In this document: in pieces, positions 1-8,049 of the stretch
How the letters are laid out: the number at the start of each line of letters is the position of its first letter
Position numbering within the stretch: position 1 is the stretch's first letter
Assembly: GCA_028713155.1 (NCBI GenBank)
Contig: JAQTPA010000001.1
Coordinates: 24,320-88,319, forward strand
From: Candidatus Omnitrophota bacterium
Lineage (GTDB): Bacteria; Omnitrophota; Gorgyraeia; Gygaellales; Profunditerraquicolaceae
DNA: 64,000 bases
Reading direction: 5' to 3'
The notes under the pieces: model-generated
Seen by the model: the letters and a program-made list of their open reading frames with translations, nothing else
What the model was told of the DNA's origin: nothing
Database searches by the model: none
Translations under genes and position numbers: made by a program

Positions 1-61
1 AAGCTATTATCCTGGCCAGGGATATTAAGGGTAAAAAAGCTGACGCCTAGTAAGATAAAAC

Positions 62-90
62 TTGACAAATTTAAATAATATGGTATATTT
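62..90 (+). promoter_or_regulatory. sigma70-like promoter, TTGACA-N16/17-TATATT with an extended -10 TG (tggtatatt)
   Basis: ttgaca at 62-67 and tatatt at about 84-89. The 'atggtatatt' extended -10 also occurs in the pyrG promoter at 14138-14147. Confidence 0.5.
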
Positions 91-134
91 TAGATAAGCA
101 AGGCACAAAGTTTGTGTCTGGCGGAAAAGAACAG

Positions 135-280
135 AGAAGCGTTCTCAATAAGGAACGCTTTTTTTGTTTTCCGGATAATGGCTTCCTTTTTTAGCAGGGT
201 TTGCTAAAAAGAGGATATTTTATTTTAAGAACGATAGCGTTCTTCTCTGCCCGATTAAGGGTAAGAAAGAACGCTTTTTT
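135..280 (+). promoter_or_regulatory. 5' leader with tandem intrinsic-terminator-like hairpins and a mutually exclusive antiterminator, upstream of the GAF-ANTAR gene
   Basis: Terminator A: stem gcgttc(139-144)/gaacgc(153-158) followed by T7. Hairpin B: ccttttttagca/tgctaaaaag (185-214) followed by a U-rich tract. Hairpin C: aagaacg(227-233)/cgttctt(238-244). Terminator D: gcgttctt(237-244)/aagaacgc(267-274) followed by T6; its 5' arm overlaps hairpin C. Confidence 0.5.
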
Positions 281-283
281 ATT

Positions 284-1027
284 ATGCAAAATATGCCTTA
301 TGAAGAACAGATAAACGCTTTGACCAAGATAAGCCGGGCTATAGCCTCCGATATTTACCTGGAAGATATCCTTAACCTGGTAGTTTCCGTTACCGCGGAG
401 ATGATGGGTTTTAATACCTGTTCATTAATGCTGATTGATGAGAAGAAAAAGAAGCTGGTAATCCGGGCTTCGCAGAGTATCAGCGAAGAATACAATAAAA
501 AACCTTCGCTTAGCATAGGCGAAGGGGTTGCCGGAAGGGCGGTCAAAGAAAGCCGGCACATAGCGATTAAAGATGTGACTAATGAAAAGGAATATAAGCA
601 TAAAGATATTGCCAAAAAAGAGGGGCTGTGTTCGCTTTTATGCGTACCTCTAACGGTAAAAGGAAAGGCTATCGGCGTGATTAATTGTTATACTCCTGAG
701 CCGCATGACTTTTCGGCAACAGAGGTGAATATCCTGGTTTCGGTAGCTAATCAGGCAGCCGTGGCTATTGAGAACGCCGAGCTGATCGTAAAGAGCAAGG
801 TAATCCAGGAGGAACTGGAGATCCGTAAGAGGATAGAACGCGCCAAGGGCATCCTGATGGAAGAAGAAAACCTGACGGAAGAAGAGGCGTATTTGAAGAT
901 CCGTAAATACAGTATGGACAGCCGTAAAACAATGCGCGAGGTCGCCGAGGCGATTATTTTATCATCGGATATGCGCAAGATAACCGAAATAAAAAAACCG
1001 CAGACCTCTAAACCCAAAGGAGGGTAA
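284..1027 (+). CDS. GAF domain plus ANTAR RNA-binding antiterminator-type regulator
   Basis: N-terminal GAF-like region. The C-terminal 'RAKGILMEEENLTEEEAYLKIRKYSMDSRKTMREVAEAII' is a typical ANTAR helix pattern. There is no obvious SD, and the ATG at 293 is an alternative start. Confidence 0.65.
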   Translation: MQNMPYEEQINALTKISRAIASDIYLEDILNLVVSVTAEMMGFNTCSLMLIDEKKKKLVIRASQSISEEYNKKPSLSIGEGVAGRAVKESRHIAIKDVTNEKEYKHKDIAKKEGLCSLLCVPLTVKGKAIGVINCYTPEPHDFSATEVNILVSVANQAAVAIENAELIVKSKVIQEELEIRKRIERAKGILMEEENLTEEEAYLKIRKYSMDSRKTMREVAEAIILSSDMRKITEIKKPQTSKPKGG

Positions 1028-1029
1028 AA

Positions 1030-2613
1030 ATGAATCTGCTGAGGCCGAATGCAAACGATGCGACAAGGACATTCAACCGTTCAAAGAACGTGGTGCCGGG
1101 TTCGGGTATTTGTTCCAGGTGTATTGACGGGTGTAAGGGTAATTGCGAAATTTTTAAGGCAACTTTTCGGAGCCGCGAGGTAATTTATCCGGGCGCATTC
1201 GGCGAGATTACCGCCGGAGGAGATAAAAATTATCCGTTGGACTACTCTCATTTTAATATTCAAGGGTACGCCTTAGGCGCAAAAGGATTGCCTTCAGAAA
1301 AAGAGGGTAACCCTGATAATACAAAATTTCCTGATGTGAATACCGAAACCGAGTATGGCTGGGATTCTAAAGTAAAGATGCAAATTCCCGTTTTTACCGG
1401 CGCCCTGGGTTCGACGGAAATTGCCCGCAAAAACTGGGAGCATTTTGCCGTAGGGGCCGCTATCTCGGGTATTACTCTTGTCTGCGGCGAAAATGTCTGC
1501 GGCATTGATCCCGGTCTGGAGTTGGATAGCAAAGGCAAGATTAAGAAATCTCCGGATATGGACCGGCGCATAGAAATTTACCGGAAATTCCACGAAGGTT
1601 ACGGAGAGATACTGGTGCAGATGAATGTAGAGGATACGCGCCTGGGCGTAGCCGAATATGTAAGAAAAAAGCATAACCTCCAGACCATAGAATTAAAATG
1701 GGGGCAGGGAGCCAAGTGTATCGGGGGAGAGATAAAAGTAAAGAGCTTAGAAAGGGCGCTTGAACTTAAGAGGCGCGGTTATATTGTTACTCCGGATCCT
1801 TCCTTGGAAGCTGTGCAGAAGGCTTTTAAAGACGGCGCGATCAAGGAATTTGAACGTCATTCCCGCTTAGGCTTTGTTTCGGAAGAGGCATTTTTAAGCG
1901 AGGTAAAACGCTTAAGGGAGCTCGGTTTTAAGCGCGTTACTTTAAAAACCGGTGCTTATTCTATGCGGGAGCTGGCTATGGCGATTAAATATTGTGCGCT
2001 GGCGCATATTGACCTGTTGACTATAGACGGCGCTCCCGGAGGCACAGGGATGAGCCCCTGGCGGATGATGGAAGAATGGGGAATACCTACTTTTTATCTG
2101 GAGGCGCTTACCTATGAGTTTTGCCAAAAATTAGCCCGTAACGGCCTGCGCGTGCCGGATATAGCCATCGCCGGAGGTTTTTCCAGCGAAGACCATATTT
2201 TTAAAGTGCTCGCTATGGGTTCGCCTTATGTCAAGGCAGTATGTATGGGGAGGGCGCTGATGATCCCGGGTATGGTAGGTAATAATATCGCTAGATGGAT
2301 TAAAGAAAATAATCTTCCGGTTACCGTAGCGGAATATGGCAAAACAAAAAAAGAGATCTTTGTTTGTTATGAGGAGTTAGTTGAAAAATACGGTAAAGAT
2401 ATGAAAGATATATCGCTGGGCGCCGTAGGTGTTTATTCCTTTGTCCAGAAGCTTAAAGTCGGCTTGCAGCAGTTGATGGCCGGGAGCAGGAATTTCAGGC
2501 TAAGCGCAATTTCCCGCGATGACCTTATGTCTTTGACTGAAGAGGCGGCTAAAGTTTCCAATATACCGTATGTCATGGACGCTTATCGTAAAGAAGCGGA
2601 AGCGATTCTTTAG
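1030..2613 (+). CDS. glutamate synthase FMN-binding domain (GltB domain-2-like) stand-alone protein with an N-terminal Cys cluster
   Basis: It contains the motifs 'DGAPGGTGMSP' and 'IAIAGGFSSEDHIFKVLAMGSPYVKAVCMGRALM', typical of the GltS FMN domain. The N-terminal CSRCIDGCKGNC is a 4-Cys motif. Confidence 0.6.
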   Translation: MNLLRPNANDATRTFNRSKNVVPGSGICSRCIDGCKGNCEIFKATFRSREVIYPGAFGEITAGGDKNYPLDYSHFNIQGYALGAKGLPSEKEGNPDNTKFPDVNTETEYGWDSKVKMQIPVFTGALGSTEIARKNWEHFAVGAAISGITLVCGENVCGIDPGLELDSKGKIKKSPDMDRRIEIYRKFHEGYGEILVQMNVEDTRLGVAEYVRKKHNLQTIELKWGQGAKCIGGEIKVKSLERALELKRRGYIVTPDPSLEAVQKAFKDGAIKEFERHSRLGFVSEEAFLSEVKRLRELGFKRVTLKTGAYSMRELAMAIKYCALAHIDLLTIDGAPGGTGMSPWRMMEEWGIPTFYLEALTYEFCQKLARNGLRVPDIAIAGGFSSEDHIFKVLAMGSPYVKAVCMGRALMIPGMVGNNIARWIKENNLPVTVAEYGKTKKEIFVCYEELVEKYGKDMKDISLGAVGVYSFVQKLKVGLQQLMAGSRNFRLSAISRDDLMSLTEEAAKVSNIPYVMDAYRKEAEAIL

Positions 2614-2622
2614 GAGGTAGCC

Positions 2623-2781
2623 ATGGTAAAAAAAGGCTTGTGTAATACCTGCGCCAATGGCAGGGGTTGCGTTTTACCGCAAAAGTTTCCTGTCTGGCAA
2701 TGTGAAGAATTCAATAACTGTGTAGTAGTTATTGAAGGAAAGCAGGATAAAGTAGAAAGGCCCAGGAGAGGCTTGAGGTAG
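2623..2781 (+). CDS. small Cys-rich protein, 52 aa, absent from the ORF track (MVKKGLCNTCANGRGCVLPQKFPVWQCEEFNNCVVVIEGKQDKVERPRRGLR)
   Basis: Strong SD (taGGAGGtagcc) 7 nt upstream of ATG 2623. Five Cys residues include a CxxC pair. An intrinsic terminator follows at 2817-2836. Confidence 0.5.
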   Translation: MVKKGLCNTCANGRGCVLPQKFPVWQCEEFNNCVVVIEGKQDKVERPRRGLR

Positions 2782-2816
2782 GGCCAGTAAAGTATCTGGC
2801 GGAATTTTTAATCATT

Positions 2817-2836
2817 AAGACGCGGGCGTCTTTTTT
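2817..2836 (+). terminator. rho-independent terminator (aagacgc-ggg-gcgtctt followed by T6)
   Basis: GC stem followed by TTTTTT. Confidence 0.65.
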
Positions 2837-2908
2837 AGATCCTATGAGGGATAAGAAAGGCGCCTTTTTATTTTTAGCAAAAAGGCGCAACAAACGAAAG
2901 GAGAAAAA

Positions 2909-3754
2909 ATGTTACGAAGATCGAATGTTGCGTTATTAGCAAGCATAGTATTGACATTTGCAGGCCTTACTGGGGCGTTTGCCACGCCCTCGACTCTTAT
3001 CTGGGCGCCGTCTACAGATGTAAAGCCGTTTGGGATCTTCCATCTGGATGCGGATAATTATACACCGGTAAAAAGCCGGGATCATAACGATAATAAGCTG
3101 TTCGTTTTGCAGGATTATGGTTTAACGGTCGGGCTATTACCGGATAAGCCAGAGAGCTATGGTTTGGCTTCCGATAGCCAAAGCCATAATCCGGAAAAAA
3201 ATCCGCTGGGTAAGCTTTGGTCGCCTTTGGGTAAGGTCCTGGCTGAAACAGGTTTTGATTATAAAAAAGGGTTTGGGTCAACTTTAGATAAATGGCCCGT
3301 ATATTTCCATTTTAAGCTCGGAGTCCCGGAGGGGGCGTATTTTAAGAATATGCCTGCGTTTGCCATAGGTTGTTACGATATGGGGTATAAGCATAATTAT
3401 ACTAATTATAATGTCTGGTATTTAAGGGGAGCCAAAACAATTAATATAGGTAAGCTTAATCTGGGACGCTTCTCGGCAGGATATTTTAACGGCAACGCAA
3501 AGTTATTACGCGATAAGAACTCTGAGCGCGATAATGCTGGAGTAATGCTCGCGTGGGAAAGGGTCATATCAGAGATCAGTGACCGGCTTTGGCTCTGCGT
3601 AGATTACCAGGGCACTCAGTCATCGTATGGGGCGTTAAACTATGGTTTTTCCTGGAAGTTTACGAATAACGTTTCCGCGATAATAGGATATGATGTTTAT
3701 AATAACCCAAATTCAAAGAATACGGTAACTTTTCAACTTGATGTGGATTTCTAA
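2909..3754 (+). CDS. secreted outer-membrane beta-barrel protein, putative porin
   Basis: Signal peptide MLRRSNVALLASIVLTFAGLTGAFA. Aromatic-rich alternating pattern. C-terminal ...QLDVDF ends in Phe. Lies 20 nt upstream of amtB. Confidence 0.5.
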   Translation: MLRRSNVALLASIVLTFAGLTGAFATPSTLIWAPSTDVKPFGIFHLDADNYTPVKSRDHNDNKLFVLQDYGLTVGLLPDKPESYGLASDSQSHNPEKNPLGKLWSPLGKVLAETGFDYKKGFGSTLDKWPVYFHFKLGVPEGAYFKNMPAFAIGCYDMGYKHNYTNYNVWYLRGAKTINIGKLNLGRFSAGYFNGNAKLLRDKNSERDNAGVMLAWERVISEISDRLWLCVDYQGTQSSYGALNYGFSWKFTNNVSAIIGYDVYNNPNSKNTVTFQLDVDF

Positions 3755-3774
3755 AATAAGAAGGAGAGATAAAA

Positions 3775-5004
3775 ATGATTAATTCAGGGGATACAGCGTG
3801 GGTTTTAATGTCTTCGGCTCTTGTTTTGTTGATGACACCGGCCTTAGCGTTTTTCTACGGCGGTATGGTCAGGCGCAAGAATATCTTAAGTATTCTTATG
3901 CAATGTTTTGTGATCATGTGCGCTTTGAGCCTCCACTGGGTATTGATCGGCTATAGCCTATCCTTTGGCCCGGCTAAAGGGTTCTGGGGAGGTTTTCAGT
4001 GGCTGGGTTTAAACGGAGTAGGCCTGGAGCCTTATGCGGATTACGCCGCAACTATCCCGCACCAGGCTTTTATGATATTCCAGGCAATGTTTGCTATTAT
4101 CACTCCGGCATTGATTATCGGAGCTTTCGCCGAAAGGATGAAGTTCTCCGCATTTTTGGTGTTTACCCTATTGTGGGCGACTTTTGTGTATAGCCCTCTT
4201 TGTCATTGGGTCTGGGGCATAGGCGGATGGTTAAGGAATTTCGGCGCTCTGGATTTTGCCGGAGGCACAGTCGTGCATATCAATGCCGGTATCGCGGCAT
4301 TAGTCACGGCACTGATATTGGGCAAGAGATCTAACCTGGGTAAGAATATTCCTTCTCCGCATAATATGCCTTTTGTGGTTTTAGGCACGGGTCTATTATG
4401 GTTTGGCTGGTTTGGATTTAACGCCGGAAGTGCCCTGGCCGCTAACGGCCTGGCAGTGAATGCTTTTGTTGTAACTAATACTGCTGCCGCAGCCGCCGGT
4501 TTAAGCTGGGCATTTATTGAGTGGATCCGCAACGGTAAGCCGACGGTATTCGGGACCTGTTCAGGAGCAGTAGCCGGCTTGGTTGCGATTACGCCTGCCG
4601 CAGGGTTTGTGAGCGTGGTTCCGGCGATACTTATCGGATTATTGGTGAGCGTATTCTGTTTTATCGCTGTTACCATTATCAAGCCTAAATTAGGATACGA
4701 CGATTCTCTCGACGCCTTCGGCGTGCACTGCGTAGGCGGGATCTGGGGCGCCTTAGCCACCGGTCTATTTGCCTCTAAGGCAGTGAATGCCGCCGGAGCA
4801 GATGGGCTGTTTTTTGGCAATCCTAAACAATTTTTAGTGCAGCTTTTTGCGGTTGGGGTGACAATCATTTACACAGCGCTAGCAACTTTTGTGATTTATA
4901 AACTGGTAGATTTATTTATTGGTATAAGGGTAGGCGAAAAAGAAGAAGTTATAGGGTTGGATCTTACCCAGCATCGCGAAAGAGCATATACGGTTTTGGA
5001 ATAA
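3775..5004 (+). CDS. amtB: ammonium transporter AmtB
   Basis: Amt/MEP family hallmarks: multi-TM, DFAGGTVVHINAG, GTGLLWFGWFGFNAGS. Confidence 0.9.
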   Translation: MINSGDTAWVLMSSALVLLMTPALAFFYGGMVRRKNILSILMQCFVIMCALSLHWVLIGYSLSFGPAKGFWGGFQWLGLNGVGLEPYADYAATIPHQAFMIFQAMFAIITPALIIGAFAERMKFSAFLVFTLLWATFVYSPLCHWVWGIGGWLRNFGALDFAGGTVVHINAGIAALVTALILGKRSNLGKNIPSPHNMPFVVLGTGLLWFGWFGFNAGSALAANGLAVNAFVVTNTAAAAAGLSWAFIEWIRNGKPTVFGTCSGAVAGLVAITPAAGFVSVVPAILIGLLVSVFCFIAVTIIKPKLGYDDSLDAFGVHCVGGIWGALATGLFASKAVNAAGADGLFFGNPKQFLVQLFAVGVTIIYTALATFVIYKLVDLFIGIRVGEKEEVIGLDLTQHRERAYTVLE

Positions 5005-5016
5005 AAGGAGGGAGAA

Positions 5017-5358
5017 ATGAAGTTGATTATAGCGATAATTCAGCCGCATAAGTTGGAAGAGGTAAAAGAAGAATTGTATAAGCAGGAGGTTAACCTGATA
5101 ACGGTAAGCGAGGTATTGGGGCATGGTCGCCAGAAAGGCGTTACGGAAGTTTACCGCGGGCATAAAGAAACAGGGAACCTGTTGAGAAAGGTACGCCTGG
5201 AAATTGCCGTAAATGATAATTTCGTCGAGCCCACCGTTAAAGCGATCATTAAAGGCGCAAAAACAGGCGAAACCGGCGACGGAAAGATCTTTATCCTGGA
5301 GTTAAAAGAATGCGTGCGCATCCGCACCGAAGAGCGCGGTTCGGCCGCTATTGGGTAG
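5017..5358 (+). CDS. glnK: nitrogen regulatory protein P-II
   Basis: 112 aa. The T-loop '[14 protein letters not shown]' is present. Directly downstream of amtB. Confidence 0.9.
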   Translation: MKLIIAIIQPHKLEEVKEELYKQEVNLITVSEVLGHGRQKGVTEVYRGHKETGNLLRKVRLEIAVNDNFVEPTVKAIIKGAKTGETGDGKIFILELKECVRIRTEERGSAAIG

Positions 5359-5430
5359 GGAGAGAGTAAATATTATTATTTTTTAGAGGATTGTGTTATA
5401 ATACATTACAAGTGAGCAAGGGAGGAAGAA

Positions 5431-7623
5431 ATGAGCATAAGGCAGGAAGTGTTATTTAAGATTAAAAGCGTGGAATTGGACAAGGTTAAAAATCCCAAGA
5501 AAGTATCTTCTTATTTCGCCGAAAATACATTTGGCATAGAAACGATGCGTAGGCATATCTCCCCGGGGACGTTTGCGGCCTTTAAGGCCTGGATGTCGGA
5601 AGGTAAAATTATAACCCTGGAGCAGGCCAATGAGATCGCTAATGCCATGAAAAACTGGGCGATCGCCAAGGGTGCCAGTTACTATACCCATTGGTTTCAG
5701 CCGATGACCGGCCTGACCGCAGAGAAACACGATAGTTTTATTTCTATTACCGGACCGGGAAAAGTAATTGAAAAATTCTCCGGGAATAAATTAATCCAGG
5801 GCGAACCCGATGCCTCCAGTTTTCCTTCGGGAGGAATCCGGGCTACCTTTGAAGCTCGGGGCTACACTGCCTGGGATCCGTCCAGCCCGGCGTTTATTAT
5901 TGAAAGCAAGTTAGGCAAGACCCTTTGTATCCCAAGTATTTTTATTTCTTATCACGGTGAAGCACTGGATAAAAAACTACCGCTTCTACGTTCAGATGAA
6001 GCATTAAATAAGTCAGCGTTAGGGTTATTGAGGCTTTTTGGCCGTAAAGATGTTAAAAAAGTATTTTCTACCTGCGGCCCGGAGCAGGAATATTTTTTGA
6101 TTGATAAATATTATTATGATCTACGCCAGGATCTAGTGATGGCCGGCAGGACTTTAATCGGTGCGCCTTCGCCAAAGGGGCAGCAGCTGGAGGACCAGTA
6201 TTTTGGGACGATCAAGGAGCGCGTGGTTAATTTTATGTTTGAGGTGGCACAGGAGGCTTATAAGCTTGGGATTCCCTTGATGACTCGCCATAACGAAGTT
6301 GCTCCGCACCAGTATGAATTTGCTCCTATCTTTGAAGAATCAAACCTGGCCGCGGACCATAACCAGCTGTTGATGGAGTTAATGAAAAAAATCGCTCTTC
6401 GCCACGGCCTGGTTTGCCTTTTGCATGAGAAACCATTTGCCGGAATAAACGGAAGCGGCAAACATCTTAATTGGTCCTTGGCTGATGATAAAGGTAATAA
6501 CCTGCTTAATCCGGGGCAGACCCCTGAAGACAACCTGCAATTTTTGGCAGTATTGGCAGCGGTGCTGCGCGCGGTCCATTTACATGCCGATCTTTTAAGG
6601 GCTTCGGTAGCTATGGCGGGCAATGAACACCGTCTGGGCGCCAATGAAGCTCCTCCGGCGATTATCAGCGTATTCTTAGGGCAGCAGTTGACTAGCATCC
6701 TGAATATGATTGAAAAAGGCGTAAAGTCAAAGGTTTCTAAAGGAGATATTATTGATCTGGGCATGGACCGCCTTCCCAAGTTCAACAAAGACACAACCGA
6801 CCGTAACCGCACTTCGCCTTTTGCCTTTACTGGGACCAAGTTTGAATTCCGCGCAGTCGGTTCTTCACAGAACATATCTACGCCTATAACCGTCATTAAT
6901 ACCATTATTGCCGAAAGCCTTGATTACGTCGCGGAAAAAATCAGGAAGGCTTCTGGCGGCAAGAATTTTAACAGCGCGGCCCTTAAGGTCATCTCCGCAA
7001 TAGCCAGGGAGACAAAAAAAATCCGCTTTGAAGGCAATAATTATGCCGAGGAGTGGGTTAAAGAGGCTGGGAAACGTTCCCTGCCTAACGTAGCGGCAAC
7101 TTATGCATCGCTCAAAGACTTGACCAAAGAAAAAAATATAGCGCTTTTTGAAAAATACAAAGTCTTCTCGAAAGAAGAGCTTATTGCCCGTTACCATATC
7201 TGGATCCATATGTATAATCTTACCCTTGAGATCGAGGCAAATACCTTAAAAGAGATGGTCAATGCCTCGGTTGTGCCGGCGGGTTATGAGTACGAAAAAC
7301 TCCTGGCGGCAACACTGCACGAATTAGTCAGCCTTAAAAAATCATCCGGCCTTAAGCTTGATGCTGCCGCATTAAAGGATAAAAAGGAACATCTTAGCGA
7401 TATCATTGCCAAGATTTACTATGTCAGGCGGAACACTTTAGCGATGGGCAGGCTTCTGGAAAGAGCGAGAAAAATGAATAACGAAAAGCGCGCTCAGCTT
7501 TATTTCCAGGAACTTAGGCCTTTGATGGAGCATATCAGGAAACACGTAGACCAGCTTGAGTGCGTGGTTTCTGATGATGCCTGGGATTTGCCCAAGTACC
7601 GCGAGATGCTGTTCATAAAATAG
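5431..7623 (+). CDS. glnN: glutamine synthetase type III (GlnN)
   Basis: Length of 730 aa fits GSIII; GS catalytic-domain motifs present. Confidence 0.8.
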   Translation: MSIRQEVLFKIKSVELDKVKNPKKVSSYFAENTFGIETMRRHISPGTFAAFKAWMSEGKIITLEQANEIANAMKNWAIAKGASYYTHWFQPMTGLTAEKHDSFISITGPGKVIEKFSGNKLIQGEPDASSFPSGGIRATFEARGYTAWDPSSPAFIIESKLGKTLCIPSIFISYHGEALDKKLPLLRSDEALNKSALGLLRLFGRKDVKKVFSTCGPEQEYFLIDKYYYDLRQDLVMAGRTLIGAPSPKGQQLEDQYFGTIKERVVNFMFEVAQEAYKLGIPLMTRHNEVAPHQYEFAPIFEESNLAADHNQLLMELMKKIALRHGLVCLLHEKPFAGINGSGKHLNWSLADDKGNNLLNPGQTPEDNLQFLAVLAAVLRAVHLHADLLRASVAMAGNEHRLGANEAPPAIISVFLGQQLTSILNMIEKGVKSKVSKGDIIDLGMDRLPKFNKDTTDRNRTSPFAFTGTKFEFRAVGSSQNISTPITVINTIIAESLDYVAEKIRKASGGKNFNSAALKVISAIARETKKIRFEGNNYAEEWVKEAGKRSLPNVAATYASLKDLTKEKNIALFEKYKVFSKEELIARYHIWIHMYNLTLEIEANTLKEMVNASVVPAGYEYEKLLAATLHELVSLKKSSGLKLDAAALKDKKEHLSDIIAKIYYVRRNTLAMGRLLERARKMNNEKRAQLYFQELRPLMEHIRKHVDQLECVVSDDAWDLPKYREMLFIK

Positions 7624-7686
7624 CTATAGGAAGAAGTAGAAGCACGTTGTAGTGCTTTAGGTTTATTTAACCAGAAAGAACACAGA

Positions 7687-7735
7687 CGTTCATGGAAGCC
7701 AGGGAAACCTGAGCTTTAATGAACGCCTTTTTTTT
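7687..7735 (+). terminator. intrinsic terminator with a long loop (cgttcat...atgaacg followed by T8)
   Basis: 7-bp stem at 7687-7693/7719-7725 followed by tttttttt at 7728-7735. Confidence 0.45.
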
Positions 7736-7767
7736 GTAAATAGCGCTGATTAAAATTTAGGCAAAAT

Positions 7768-8049
7768 ATGATTACAATATTGATTGCTGATAATAAGCTA
7801 AAGGCAAAGGAAGAGCTGGAGAAGATGCTGGTGAGAGTCGTTGAGCTCGAAGATTCCTTATTTAATGAAAAAAAAGGCGTATTATACAAGGCTATTATAG
7901 AGGCAGTGGAAAAGCCTTTGCTGGAACAGGTCTTGGAGCGCACAGGAGGCAATCAGCTTAAAGCCGCTCAACTCCTGGGCCTTAACCGTAATACGCTGCA
8001 CGCCAAGATTAAGAGAATAGGGATTAACGTAGAAAAATGGAAAACCTAA
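7768..8049 (+). CDS. fis: Fis-family DNA-binding protein
   Basis: The C-terminus 'LYKAIIEAVEKPLLEQVLERTGGNQLKAAQLLGLNRNTLHAKIKRIGIN' aligns with Fis/NtrC-type HTH. It overlaps the gltB start (8037) by 13 nt. Confidence 0.65.
   Translation: MITILIADNKLKAKEELEKMLVRVVELEDSLFNEKKGVLYKAIIEAVEKPLLEQVLERTGGNQLKAAQLLGLNRNTLHAKIKRIGINVEKWKT

Noticed and set aside
2856-2888. Clean ANTAR dual-hexaloop target upstream of the OMP-amtB operon
   Set aside because: Only one strong hairpin with a 9-nt loop and a separate upstream terminator are present. The loops do not fit the A1/G4 hexaloop consensus, so an ANTAR target is suggested only as a possibility, not annotated.
4203-4868. 221-aa minus-strand ORF inside amtB, plus similar antisense ORFs inside glnN, gltB, carB, hppA and atpD
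   Set aside because: They are fully embedded antisense to high-confidence conserved genes, Ala/Pro/Thr-rich low-complexity, with no SD.
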